In this document: positions 17,178 through 26,649 of the stretch, in pieces
Position numbering within the stretch: position 1 is the first letter of the stretch
Layout: every line of letters starts with the position of its first letter
IMG/VR virus record: IMGVR_UViG_3300023105_000105
Span: 1-33,196 of that record
DNA: 33,196 nt
DNA from: a virus
Taxonomy: Duplodnaviria; Caudoviricetes
Reading direction: 5' to 3' (one strand)
The notes under the pieces: generated by a model
Database searches by the model: none
Told to the model about the DNA's origin: nothing
Seen by the model: only the letters and a program-made list of their open reading frames with translations
Made by a program: the position numbers and the translations under genes

Positions 17178-17602
17178 TGTATGAATATAAATGTGAATTG
17201 ATTAAGGTTGTCGATGGTGATACTATCGACGCCTATATTGATTTAGGGTTCAAGGTGATACTCAAAGAACGAATTCGTTTGATGGGTATCGATACTCCAG
17301 AGTCAAGAACAAAAAACTTGATGGAAAAATCTTGGGGTAAGGCTGCTAAAGCATTTCTTAAAGAAGAGTTAGCAAAGTGTGAAGGTAAATTTACACTCAC
17401 TACTAAACTACAAAAGAAAGGTAAGTTTGGTAGAGTCCTTGGAACAATAATGATTGATGGTAATGATGTAAATCAAATGTTAATGGATAACAAACTTGCG
17501 ATACCTTACACTGGTGGTAACAAAGAAGAAGGTAGACTACAATATAATGTTAAACATCTTTGGGAAGAAACTTATCATCAGGATCCTAACGCAGGTGTCT
17601 AA
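17177..17602 (+). CDS. Thermonuclease (staphylococcal nuclease-like)
   Basis: KVVDGDTID...RIRLMGIDTPE...GKFGRVLG...N..L SNase motifs. Confidence 0.9.
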   Translation: MYEYKCELIKVVDGDTIDAYIDLGFKVILKERIRLMGIDTPESRTKNLMEKSWGKAAKAFLKEELAKCEGKFTLTTKLQKKGKFGRVLGTIMIDGNDVNQMLMDNKLAIPYTGGNKEEGRLQYNVKHLWEETYHQDPNAGV

Positions 17603-19231
17603 ATGTCTGAAGATAAGGGTTATCTAGGAAACCCACTTTTAAAACGAAAGGGAACAAAATTTAATTGGACAAAGAAACGAATACAAGAGTTTCTTAAATG
17701 TTCAAAAGACCCAATATATTTCGCAGAGAATTACATTAAGATTGTTCATGTAGACAAAGGTCTCATACCAATCACAATGTATGATTATCAAAAAGAAATC
17801 ACTAAACTCATTACAGAGAATCGAAGAGTTGCGGTTGTAACATCTCGTCAGGCAGGTAAGACAACTACTGCGGTCGCAGTTATTCTACATTACATATTAT
17901 TCAACGAACATAAACTTGTTGGTCTGTTAGCAAACAAAGGTGATAGTGCTAGAGAAATCTTAGATAGAATTAAGATTGCTTATGAAGCATTACCTAAATG
18001 GTTACAGCAAGGTGTCATTGAATGGAACAAAGGTTCTGTTGAATTTGAGAATGGTTCTAAGATTATTGCTGCTGCCACATCATCAAGTTCTATTCGTGGT
18101 AAGTCAGTATCGTTTCTTTATATTGATGAGACCGCATTCGTTGATGGTTGGGATGAGTTCTTTGCTGCCGTTCTACCTACAATCTCATCAGGAACAACAA
18201 CTAAGATGTTGTTTACCTCTACACCGAACGGTTTAAATCATTTCTATAAAACTTGTATGGGTGCTAAAGAAGGCACGAATGGTTACAAGTATGTTGAAGT
18301 TCCTTGGACTGATGTTCCTGGAAGAGATGAAGAATGGAAGAAAGAAACATTATCATCGATGGACTTTGACCAACAGAAGTTTGCTCAAGAGTATGAATGT
18401 GCATGGTTAGGGTCGTCCAACACATTAATTGATGGTTCTAAACTCAAAGCATTATTGCCAAGAACACCATTGAAAGATGACGGTAGACTATTGATGTATG
18501 AGAAACCAAAAGAGAATGGAACATATACAATGACTGTCGATGTGAGTAGAGGTAAGGGTTTAGACTATTCAGCATTTCAGATTATTGATGTAACACAGAT
18601 GCCATACAAACAAGTTTGTGTGTTTAGAGATAATTTCCTATCACCAGTAGAATATGTTGAAGTTATACATCAAGTAGCAAAGTTATATAACAATGCTTCT
18701 GTTCTAATTGAAATTAATGATATTGGTGGGCAAGTATCAGACTTACTACATTATGACTATGAATATGATAATATATTATATACAGAGAATCAAGGAAGGA
18801 GTGGCAAAAGAATAAGTGGTGGTTTCGGTAAAGGTTCTGATAGAGGTATTAGAACAACTAAAACAGTTAAGTCGGTTGGTTGTTCTATTTTAAAATTATT
18901 AGTTGAACAAGACCAGTTAATATTAAATGACCACCAAACTATATTTGAATTATCTCGTTTCAGTAAGAAAGGTAATTCTTATGAAGCAGAGAGTGGTGTT
19001 CACGATGACTTAGTAATGGGTTTAGTATTGTTTGCTTGGTTATCTGACCAAACATACTTCAAAGATATCACAGACATAAATACATTATCAAGACTTAGAG
19101 AAAAGTCTGAAGAAGAATTAATGGACGACTTACTACCTTTTGGTATACAAGATGATGGAGTCGAACAAATGGAAGTGATTGAAGAAAGAAGATATGATTG
19201 GTTAATGGGTGGTGAAGAAGAAAGATGGTAA
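17603..19231 (+). CDS. gp17: Terminase large subunit gp17
   Basis: YLGNPLLK; Walker A SRQAGKTT; Walker B LYIDE; STPNG; DVSRGKGLDYS; HDDLVM. Confidence 0.97.
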   Translation: MSEDKGYLGNPLLKRKGTKFNWTKKRIQEFLKCSKDPIYFAENYIKIVHVDKGLIPITMYDYQKEITKLITENRRVAVVTSRQAGKTTTAVAVILHYILFNEHKLVGLLANKGDSAREILDRIKIAYEALPKWLQQGVIEWNKGSVEFENGSKIIAAATSSSSIRGKSVSFLYIDETAFVDGWDEFFAAVLPTISSGTTTKMLFTSTPNGLNHFYKTCMGAKEGTNGYKYVEVPWTDVPGRDEEWKKETLSSMDFDQQKFAQEYECAWLGSSNTLIDGSKLKALLPRTPLKDDGRLLMYEKPKENGTYTMTVDVSRGKGLDYSAFQIIDVTQMPYKQVCVFRDNFLSPVEYVEVIHQVAKLYNNASVLIEINDIGGQVSDLLHYDYEYDNILYTENQGRSGKRISGGFGKGSDRGIRTTKTVKSVGCSILKLLVEQDQLILNDHQTIFELSRFSKKGNSYEAESGVHDDLVMGLVLFAWLSDQTYFKDITDINTLSRLREKSEEELMDDLLPFGIQDDGVEQMEVIEERRYDWLMGGEEERW

Positions 19232-19776
19232 ATACAAAAGATTATATTGAAAATGGTGGGTTTTTTGTATTTAACAATTGGTTGAATGTAGACGACTATT
19301 TAGAAATAGAAAAGATTTTTGAATACAAAGATATGTTCAAACCAAAACACCAACCACATGGAATACCTTTTGGTAATAGATTACAGGCTTTTCCGACCTA
19401 TGAGTCTAATTTAAATCCAGAAATAGAATTTTTTATTTTTAATAAAATTAAAGAACAACTTAATATAGATATTAAAGACTTTTTTTCTATTTTAAGGTTT
19501 GTTGATAATGATGAAGTTAAAAAGAGTAAACGGAATGGAAAATATCCTAGTATTCATAGAGATGAATTTGATATTGCTGGGGTTTTATATTTCGACCAAA
19601 CAGTAGATGGAGGAACTGCTTTTTTTGGAGTTGATGGTGATAGTGTTCCAGAATTTGTTGTAGGAGCATATCCTAATAGACTCATTGTTTATAATGGTCA
19701 AGTTTTACATACACCTATGAATGATTTTACATATGATATGAGAAAGTGCTTAGTATTTTTTGCTAACTTCGTATAG
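19225..19776 (+). CDS. 2OG-Fe(II) oxygenase
   Basis: IHRD...AGVLYF...GGTAF...NRLIVY...LH...R: HxD...H triad plus the 2OG-binding Arg. Confidence 0.8.
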   Translation: MVNTKDYIENGGFFVFNNWLNVDDYLEIEKIFEYKDMFKPKHQPHGIPFGNRLQAFPTYESNLNPEIEFFIFNKIKEQLNIDIKDFFSILRFVDNDEVKKSKRNGKYPSIHRDEFDIAGVLYFDQTVDGGTAFFGVDGDSVPEFVVGAYPNRLIVYNGQVLHTPMNDFTYDMRKCLVFFANFV

Positions 19777-19797
19777 AATGTTCTAATTATGTTTTTT

Positions 19798-19805
19798 TAT
19801 AAATA
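19798..19805 (+). promoter_or_regulatory. T4-type late promoter for gp18
   Basis: TATAAATA, intergenic. Confidence 0.85.
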
Positions 19806-19855
19806 ATTTCAAATAATAAAGAATTTTAGTTAACTACAATTATCAGGAGATAAAC

Positions 19856-21790
19856 ATGCCTTTCCAAGTAAGTCCTGGAGTGAATGTATCAGAAATCGAC
19901 CTAACCACAGTCGTACCTGCCGTCAGCACAACTGAAGGTGCTATCGCAGGTAACTTCAAATGGGGTCCAGTTAATCAAAGAGTTTTGGTTGATTCGGAAG
20001 ACAGATTAGTAAGTATATTCAACAAACCAAATTCAAATACGGCAACAGACTTTTTTACTGCTGCTAACTTTTTATCTTACGGTAATGCTCTATATGTAGT
20101 CCGTGGTGTAAGTAGTGGTAATAACGCTACTTCAACTGGAACTGCTGGTGCTTATATCGAGGGTGAAGATTATTATAACGAAACATACACTAATTCAAGT
20201 GGACACGGTGACTGGGTTGCGAAATATCCAGGAGACTTAGGTAACTCACTAAAAGTATCAGCATGTCATAATGCTAATGCTTGGGAATCTACAGTTTCTT
20301 CTTGTTACTATAATGCTACTCGTAACAGTAAAACAATTACACTAGGTGGTGATTCAGATACAACTAATGGTTTCGCAGGTTCTAATGCTGAAGCACAATT
20401 TGTTGTTGGTGATATCTTACTACTTGGTCCAGATAAAGAACAAAGAAAGATTGCTTCTTTAAGTGGTAACACAGTTACATTAACATCTGCTTATCAAGGT
20501 AATACTGTAACTAACTATTCAGGAAGTATGACTCGTCGTTGGGAGTATTTTGGTGAGTTTGATACTGCACCTACTACTACTGCTTACGCAAACACTAACA
20601 ATTCACAAGGTGATGCGTTACATATCGCAGTTGTCGACGAAGACGGTTTAATTACTGGTCAAGACGGTGCTATATTAGAAACATACGAAAATGTATCTCA
20701 AGCACAAGATGCTAAGACTGATACTGGTGCTGGAAACTACTATAAAGAGTTAGTTAACCAACAATCACAATGGTTGTGGTTTGGTGGTCATAACACTAAT
20801 CTAGGAAAAGGTGGTGTTAAAGCAAGTCTAGGAACTAACTATCCAGGAAATGATTTACCAGTTACAAATAGTTTGACTAAAGGTAAAGATGGTGCTCAGT
20901 TGAGTTCTGCTCAGAAGATTGGTTACTATAACAAGTTTAGGTCTGCTGAAGATGTAGATGTTTCTCTTGTATTAGGTTCTGATGCTGATGGAACACTTGC
21001 TACACATCTAATTAATAACATCGCAGAATCTCGTAAAGACTGTATCGTTTGTATCTCTCCAGAAAGAGCAGATGTTGTAAATAACAACGGTTATGACGGT
21101 AAAGAGGTTGATGATGTAATTTCATTTAGAGATACTTTACCAAGTTCATCATATGCTGTGATGGATTCTGGTTGGAAATATATGTATGACAAGTATAACG
21201 ATGTTTACAGATATGTTCCTCTAAACGCAGATACTGCTGGTTTAATGGTTCAAACAGATTCTACAAGGGATCCGTGGTTCTCACCTGCAGGTTTCAATAG
21301 AGGTAATGTTAAATCAGTTGTAAGATTAGCATACAATCCAAGTAAATCACAAAGAGACGCATTATATAAGAAAGGAATTAACCCAGTTGTTACTTTCCCA
21401 GGACAAGGAACTGTTCTATTCGGTGATAAGACTCTACTTGCTAAACCAAGTGCGTTTGACCGAATCAATGTTCGTAGATTGTTTATTGTTCTTGAGAAAG
21501 CAATCTCAACTGCCTCTAAGTTTACTCTATTTGAGTTTAATGATGACTTTACAAGAAGTCAATTCAGAAACTTAGTTGACCCATTCTTAAGAGATGTTCA
21601 AGGTCGAAGAGGTATTACCGACTTTAGAGTAGTGTGTGATAACACTAATAACACTGGTGAAGTTATAGATAGAAACGAGTTTGTTGGTGATATCTATATC
21701 AAACCTGCTAGAAGTATTAACTTTATTCAGTTAAACTTTGTGGCGGTTAGGACTGGTGTTGAGTTCAACGAAATCGTCGGTGCGGTATAA
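19856..21790 (+). CDS. gp18: Tail sheath protein gp18
   Basis: SPGVNVSEIDLT...WGP...PWFSPAGFNRG...FDRINVRRLF...IKPARSINFIQLNF. Confidence 0.97.
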   Translation: MPFQVSPGVNVSEIDLTTVVPAVSTTEGAIAGNFKWGPVNQRVLVDSEDRLVSIFNKPNSNTATDFFTAANFLSYGNALYVVRGVSSGNNATSTGTAGAYIEGEDYYNETYTNSSGHGDWVAKYPGDLGNSLKVSACHNANAWESTVSSCYYNATRNSKTITLGGDSDTTNGFAGSNAEAQFVVGDILLLGPDKEQRKIASLSGNTVTLTSAYQGNTVTNYSGSMTRRWEYFGEFDTAPTTTAYANTNNSQGDALHIAVVDEDGLITGQDGAILETYENVSQAQDAKTDTGAGNYYKELVNQQSQWLWFGGHNTNLGKGGVKASLGTNYPGNDLPVTNSLTKGKDGAQLSSAQKIGYYNKFRSAEDVDVSLVLGSDADGTLATHLINNIAESRKDCIVCISPERADVVNNNGYDGKEVDDVISFRDTLPSSSYAVMDSGWKYMYDKYNDVYRYVPLNADTAGLMVQTDSTRDPWFSPAGFNRGNVKSVVRLAYNPSKSQRDALYKKGINPVVTFPGQGTVLFGDKTLLAKPSAFDRINVRRLFIVLEKAISTASKFTLFEFNDDFTRSQFRNLVDPFLRDVQGRRGITDFRVVCDNTNNTGEVIDRNEFVGDIYIKPARSINFIQLNFVAVRTGVEFNEIVGAV

Positions 21791-21793
21791 ATA
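21786..21793 (+). promoter_or_regulatory. T4-type late promoter for gp19
   Basis: TATAAATA overlapping the gp18 stop codon. Confidence 0.8.
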
Positions 21794-21812
21794 GAGTAAA
21801 GGAGAAAATAAA

Positions 21813-22358
21813 ATGGCATTTAATGTAAATCAATTCTCAGGTGCTCTTAAAGACGGTGGTGCTAGAAACTCACTGTTCGAAGTAAATATTACAAACCCAG
21901 TAAATGGTGTTGCTGATATCAATATTCCTTTTATGGTTAAAGGTGCTCAGATTCCAGCAGCTTCATTGGGTACTATTGAAGTTCCTTACTTCGGTCGTCA
22001 AATTAAAGTAGCAGGTAACAGAACATATGCTGAATGGTCACCTACGATTATCAATGATGAAGGTTTTGATATTCGTAACGCCATGGAGCAATGGTCTCAT
22101 GCTATTAATTCACCACAGAATAATTTGAGGACTGGTGGTTCAGCCCCTAGTCTATATAAGAGTAACGCACAAGTAACACAGTTTAGTAAGACTGGTGAAA
22201 TTTTAAGAGTATATAACTTTGTCGGTATATTCCCTACTGAAGTATCTACAATCGACCTAGCATGGGAGACTGAAGGTATTCAAGAATACACTGTAACATT
22301 CCAATACGATTATTGGGAAGTTGCTGGTGGTTCTACTGGTAACGCCGGCGGTATTTAA
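21813..22358 (+). CDS. gp19: Tail tube protein gp19
   Basis: GGARNSLFEV...GRQIKVAGNRT...W...FPTEVSTIDLAW...VTFQYDYW. Confidence 0.95.
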   Translation: MAFNVNQFSGALKDGGARNSLFEVNITNPVNGVADINIPFMVKGAQIPAASLGTIEVPYFGRQIKVAGNRTYAEWSPTIINDEGFDIRNAMEQWSHAINSPQNNLRTGGSAPSLYKSNAQVTQFSKTGEILRVYNFVGIFPTEVSTIDLAWETEGIQEYTVTFQYDYWEVAGGSTGNAGGI

Positions 22359-22387
22359 TACTCAATTGAAGTGATTCTAAAGGGTCT

Positions 22388-22395
22388 TATAAATA
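22388..22395 (+). promoter_or_regulatory. T4-type late promoter for gp20, inside an inverted repeat
   Basis: TATAAATA within AAAGGGTC(T)TATAAA...TTTATAGACCCTTT (22379-22412). Confidence 0.8.
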
Positions 22396-22432
22396 TAGTT
22401 TATAGACCCTTTATACAATATGTGAGAAAACT

Positions 22433-23935
22433 ATGGCAATAGAATTATTCGGTTACTCTATCGGTAAAAAGACAGAGACACCACCTACAATTCAATCATT
22501 TACACCACCAGAAAATCTGGATGCTGCGGTTCCAGTTAACGAAGGTGGAGTCTTCGGCACTTCTGTCGAATTAGAAACAACTGCTAAAAACGAAGCACAA
22601 CTCATCACTCGTTATAGAGATATGGCAGGTCAACCAGAATGTCAGAAAGCAATCGATGATGTTGTAAACGAAGCAATTGCTAATCACGAAGATGGTCATC
22701 CAATAGAATTAGTATTGGATAATGTCGACCAACCAGATAATATCAAAGAAAGAATTAGAGAAGAGTATGAAGAAATACTAGGTCTTCTACACTTCAACCA
22801 AAAGAGTTTTGATATTTTTAATCGTTGGTATGTTGATGGTAGACTATTCTATCACTTAATGATTGATACTAAGAAACCAAGAGAAGGTATACAAGAGATT
22901 CGTTACATAGACCCTCGTAAAATTAAGAAGGTTAGAACAGAGAAGAAAGGTAAAAATGGTGAAGTAAACCGTAAGAATCCTTTTGATAAGAAGTATGACG
23001 AATACTATATCTACTCTCCTAAAGGAGTTAAAGCAGGTAATGACGGAATTAAAATTGCTACTGATTCTGTTGCTTATTGTCACTCTGGAATACTTAATCA
23101 CGACAACACTGCTGTTCTAAGTCATTTACACAAGGCAATCAAACCTTTAAACCAACTTAGAATGCTTGAAGACGCAACGGTTATTTACCGTCTTGCTCGT
23201 GCTCCAGAAAGAAGAATTTTTTATATCGATGTTGGTAATCTGCCTAAAGGTAAAGCAGAACAATATCTCAGAGATATGATGGCAAAGCATAAGAACAAAT
23301 TAGTTTACGATGCGAACACTGGTGAAGTAAAAGACGACCGTAAGTTTATGACTATGTTAGAAGATTACTGGTTACCTCGTAGAGAGGGTGGTCGTGGAAC
23401 TGAAATATCTACACTACCAAGTGGTCAAAACTTAGGTGAGTTAGATGATGTATTATATTTCAGAAAGAAATTATATGAATCATTAAATGTTCCTATCACT
23501 AGATTAGAGACAGAGAACGCATTTCAAATGGGTCGTGCTAACGAGATTACTCGTGACGAATTGAAGTTCTCTCGTTTCATTGCTAGACTTAGAAATAAAT
23601 TCACAGAATTATTCACTACAATCTTAGAGAAACAATTACTACTTAAAGGTGTAATTACTAAGGCAGAGTGGATAGATATGAAAGATAAAATCAACTTCGA
23701 CTTTATCGAAGACAACTATTTTGCCGAAATGAAAGAGGCAGAAATACTAAGAGAAAGACTTGGTCTACTTAGAGATGTTGAAGAGTATGCTGGAAAATAC
23801 TACTCAATTGATTACATTCGTAGGGTTGTTCTTAGACAGACTGAAGATGATATGAAAGAACAAGACAAACAAATTGAACAAGAAAAGAAAGAAGGACAGT
23901 TCGGCGGTGACGACGAAGAAGACCTCGATTTCTAA
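22433..23935 (+). CDS. gp20: Portal protein gp20
   Basis: WYVDGR; YRLARAPERRIFYIDVGNLPKGKAEQYL; EDYWLPRREGGRGTEISTLP; ITRDELKF. Confidence 0.98.
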   Translation: MAIELFGYSIGKKTETPPTIQSFTPPENLDAAVPVNEGGVFGTSVELETTAKNEAQLITRYRDMAGQPECQKAIDDVVNEAIANHEDGHPIELVLDNVDQPDNIKERIREEYEEILGLLHFNQKSFDIFNRWYVDGRLFYHLMIDTKKPREGIQEIRYIDPRKIKKVRTEKKGKNGEVNRKNPFDKKYDEYYIYSPKGVKAGNDGIKIATDSVAYCHSGILNHDNTAVLSHLHKAIKPLNQLRMLEDATVIYRLARAPERRIFYIDVGNLPKGKAEQYLRDMMAKHKNKLVYDANTGEVKDDRKFMTMLEDYWLPRREGGRGTEISTLPSGQNLGELDDVLYFRKKLYESLNVPITRLETENAFQMGRANEITRDELKFSRFIARLRNKFTELFTTILEKQLLLKGVITKAEWIDMKDKINFDFIEDNYFAEMKEAEILRERLGLLRDVEEYAGKYYSIDYIRRVVLRQTEDDMKEQDKQIEQEKKEGQFGGDDEEDLDF

Positions 23936-23940
23936 AATAT

Positions 23941-23948
23941 TATAAATA
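23941..23948 (+). promoter_or_regulatory. T4-type late promoter
   Basis: TATAAATA, intergenic, followed by an AAGGAG SD. Confidence 0.85.
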
Positions 23949-23966
23949 ATTCAAAAGGAGAATCTT

Positions 23967-24152
23967 ATGTCAGATGTTACAATGAGAGATGCGGTAAAAA
24001 GTGCTATGGAAGGTAATCCATCAGACTTTAAAAACAGTGTAAATTCTCTACTAATGGACAAAATTAAACAAACAGTAGAAATTGAAAAACACAAGATTGC
24101 TGCTGACTTTATGAACGACACACAAGAGGTGGAGACAGATGAAGAAATTTAA
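23967..24152 (+). CDS. Small prohead core protein (gp67-like)
   Basis: Position immediately after gp20, small helical acidic protein, strong SD. Confidence 0.6.
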   Translation: MSDVTMRDAVKSAMEGNPSDFKNSVNSLLMDKIKQTVEIEKHKIAADFMNDTQEVETDEEI

Positions 24153-24552
24153 ACAATTTTTAGAAGAGTTAGAATTAGAAGAAGGCACTGGTCTTTCCGC
24201 CGATGATATGGTCGGTCAAAAAGATTCTGACGACGAAGGAACAACTTTAAAACCTCGTGCTAAGGGTGAAGAAGATTTCAAGAACATGCATAATGTTACT
24301 AAGCATGACTACTATGCTGCTCCAGGACAAGACCATGTATTCAACGGTTCTATTAAAGAAGAAGTTGAAGACGAAGAACTTTCTGAAGAAGAGAAACTTG
24401 CTTTTGATTTAGAAGAGAAAGCAAAGAAAGAAGATGTCAACATTGAAATCGAAGATGAAGATGAAGATGATGACGAGGAAGAGAAAGAAGATGATGATGA
24501 CGAAGAAGCAAAAGAGACTATGTCGTTGTTAATGAGAAAGAGAAGAAGATAA
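24139..24552 (+). CDS. Highly acidic prohead core/internal head protein
   Basis: MKKFKQFLEE N-terminus, long D/E tract, located between gp20 and gp21. Confidence 0.6.
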   Translation: MKKFKQFLEELELEEGTGLSADDMVGQKDSDDEGTTLKPRAKGEEDFKNMHNVTKHDYYAAPGQDHVFNGSIKEEVEDEELSEEEKLAFDLEEKAKKEDVNIEIEDEDEDDDEEEKEDDDDEEAKETMSLLMRKRRR

Positions 24553-24803
24553 TGAAAGTTAAAGGAACCGCTACACAATTTTCAACAACAGTAACTAAGT
24601 TTACAGATGCTACTGCTGTTTGGGTTTTTAATACACACACTGCTGCTGCTGTAGTAACAGTTCGTAATACCGCAGATGATGCTGATATAGGAACTATCTA
24701 TGTTGGTGCTGGAACTGGTATCAAGATTGATTTGAATATCGGTGAAGGTCTAAGAGGTGCTACAACTTTCTATGGAACTCAAGTAGCAAGTTCGGGAGCT
24801 TAA
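24552..24803 (+). CDS. Small beta-rich hypothetical protein upstream of gp21
   Basis: TAATG coupling to the upstream gene; codon usage like the structural genes. Confidence 0.7.
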   Translation: MKVKGTATQFSTTVTKFTDATAVWVFNTHTAAAVVTVRNTADDADIGTIYVGAGTGIKIDLNIGEGLRGATTFYGTQVASSGA

Positions 24804-24804
24804 T

Positions 24805-25464
24805 ATGAAACTACTAGCAGAAGTAAACGAAGATATTCAATACATTGCTGAGGCAAAAGAAGATGGTAGTAAAAACTATTTCATCGAAGGTGTTTTCATG
24901 CAAGGAAACATTAAGAACCGTAATGGTCGTGTATACCCAGCAGAAGTATTAGAAAAAGAAGTTGCTCGTTATAATAAAGAGTATGTAGAAAAGAATCGTG
25001 CTTACGGTGAGTTAGGTCACCCACAAGGTCCGACTATTAATCTTGAGAGAGTATCTCACTTGATTACTAAGTTAGAAAGAGATGGTGATAACTTCGTAGG
25101 TAAAGCAAAGATTATGACTGAGACACCATATGGTGGTATCGTTAAGTCATTAATAAATGAGGGAGCCCAACTTGGTGTATCATCAAGAGGTATGGGAACT
25201 CTTCAAGCAGACAAGAATGGTGTTCAAAAAGTTGGTAAAGATTTCTACCTTGCTACAGCAGGTGATATCGTTGCTGACCCAAGTGCTCCATCTGCGTTTG
25301 TTAATGGTATCATGGAAGGAACCGAATGGGTTTTCGAAAATGGTATTTGGACGGCAAGAGAGGCAGAGATGGTTCGTGAACAAGTCTCTAAGATGTCTGT
25401 TAAAGAAGTAGAGGCGAAAAAGTTTCAAATATTTGAAAATTTCTTAAACTCTCTTAAAAAGTAA
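24805..25464 (+). CDS. gp21: Prohead protease gp21
   Basis: IEGVFMQ..IKNRNGRVYP; GELGHP; GVSSRGMG; DIVADPSAP.AFV. Confidence 0.97.
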   Translation: MKLLAEVNEDIQYIAEAKEDGSKNYFIEGVFMQGNIKNRNGRVYPAEVLEKEVARYNKEYVEKNRAYGELGHPQGPTINLERVSHLITKLERDGDNFVGKAKIMTETPYGGIVKSLINEGAQLGVSSRGMGTLQADKNGVQKVGKDFYLATAGDIVADPSAPSAFVNGIMEGTEWVFENGIWTAREAEMVREQVSKMSVKEVEAKKFQIFENFLNSLKK

Positions 25465-25480
25465 GTAAAAGTATTATTTT

Positions 25481-25488
25481 TATAAATA
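25481..25488 (+). promoter_or_regulatory. T4-type late promoter for gp22/gp23
   Basis: TATAAATA, intergenic. Confidence 0.85.
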
Positions 25489-25533
25489 ATTACTAAACAA
25501 AGATATTGTAAAATTTTAATAGGAGCATTCCAA

Positions 25534-26625
25534 ATGTCTGACAAAGATTTAGAACAAGAAGTTATCGAAACTGTTGATAACGATATGGAGTTGGAGGAAG
25601 CAAAGGCATCATTTGGTGACCCTTCTGAAGTGCCTGAGCCAAAGACCAAAGAAAACACACCGCCTGGTGCTAAACCAAACGATGCGGATTTAAAAGACAA
25701 CCCTAAACAAGGTTCGTCTGTACCAAAGACAAAAGTAGCATTGATGTCTTCTTTAGTAGGTAAACTACAAGCAATGAAGAAAGACGACCTAATGGCAATG
25801 TATACTAAGATGTCTGAAGGTGCTGATATCGAAGACCTAGTTTCTGATGAGGCAGTGTCTATCAAAGAGGTTCAAAAAATCTCTGCGTCAGATGTAGATG
25901 TTTCTGAAGATGTTGCTGCTATGTTCAAGGGTGAAGAATTATCTGAAGAGTTCGTTTCTAAAGCAACTACAGTTTTCGAAGCTGCTGTTGTTTCTAAAGT
26001 AAACGAAATCGTTGAAGGTGTTCAACTTGATATCGAAGCAGAATTAGAGGCTGAGAAAGAAGAAATTATTGAAAATCTAACTAACAAACTAGACGAGTAT
26101 CTAGAGTATGTTGCTGAAGAGTGGATGACTGAGAATAAGTTAGCAGTTGAGAAAGGTGTTAAATCTGAAATCACTGAAAACTTTATGGAAGGTCTAAGAC
26201 AACTTTTCACTGAAAACTACATTGACATTCCTGAAGAGAAAGTTGACCTAGTTGACGAGATGGCAGAAAAGATGTCTGAGTTAGAAGAGAATCTAAATGC
26301 TGAGATGGAAAAAAACATCGAACTTAAAAAAGAAATTGCTGAATCTAAGAAAGATAAAGTCTTAGAAGATGCGTGCGACGATTTGACTGAGTCTCAAGCA
26401 GTTAAGTTAAAGTCTCTTGCCGAAGGTGTAGAGTTTGACGATGCTGAGTCTTATCAAGATAAAATTGATACACTTAAGGAAAACTACTTCCCTAAAGAAG
26501 AGAAAGTAGAGATTACTGAAGACCTAGATGATGAACCTCTGGAAATTGATGATGAAACTGAAGTGAAAGTTGCTCCAGAAATGTCCGGATACATGGATGC
26601 TATCACAAGAAGCATTCGTAAATAA
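25534..26625 (+). CDS. gp22: Prohead scaffold protein gp22
   Basis: LSEEF..KA.TVFEAAV...YL.YVAEEW..EN.LAVE.G...KENYF; acidic coiled coil; synteny. Confidence 0.93.
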   Translation: MSDKDLEQEVIETVDNDMELEEAKASFGDPSEVPEPKTKENTPPGAKPNDADLKDNPKQGSSVPKTKVALMSSLVGKLQAMKKDDLMAMYTKMSEGADIEDLVSDEAVSIKEVQKISASDVDVSEDVAAMFKGEELSEEFVSKATTVFEAAVVSKVNEIVEGVQLDIEAELEAEKEEIIENLTNKLDEYLEYVAEEWMTENKLAVEKGVKSEITENFMEGLRQLFTENYIDIPEEKVDLVDEMAEKMSELEENLNAEMEKNIELKKEIAESKKDKVLEDACDDLTESQAVKLKSLAEGVEFDDAESYQDKIDTLKENYFPKEEKVEITEDLDDEPLEIDDETEVKVAPEMSGYMDAITRSIRK

Positions 26626-26649
26626 TATATTTTAACAAGGAGAAACAAA

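Noticed and set aside
24312-24578. Poly-Ser minus-strand ORF
   Set aside because: It is simply the reverse complement of the GAA/GAT acidic tract.
26615-26626. Dedicated late promoter for gp23 (CGTAAATA), plus AATAAATA variants at 3356 and 4662
   Set aside because: They deviate from TATAAATA and overlap A-rich stop-codon regions; plausible but not supportable.
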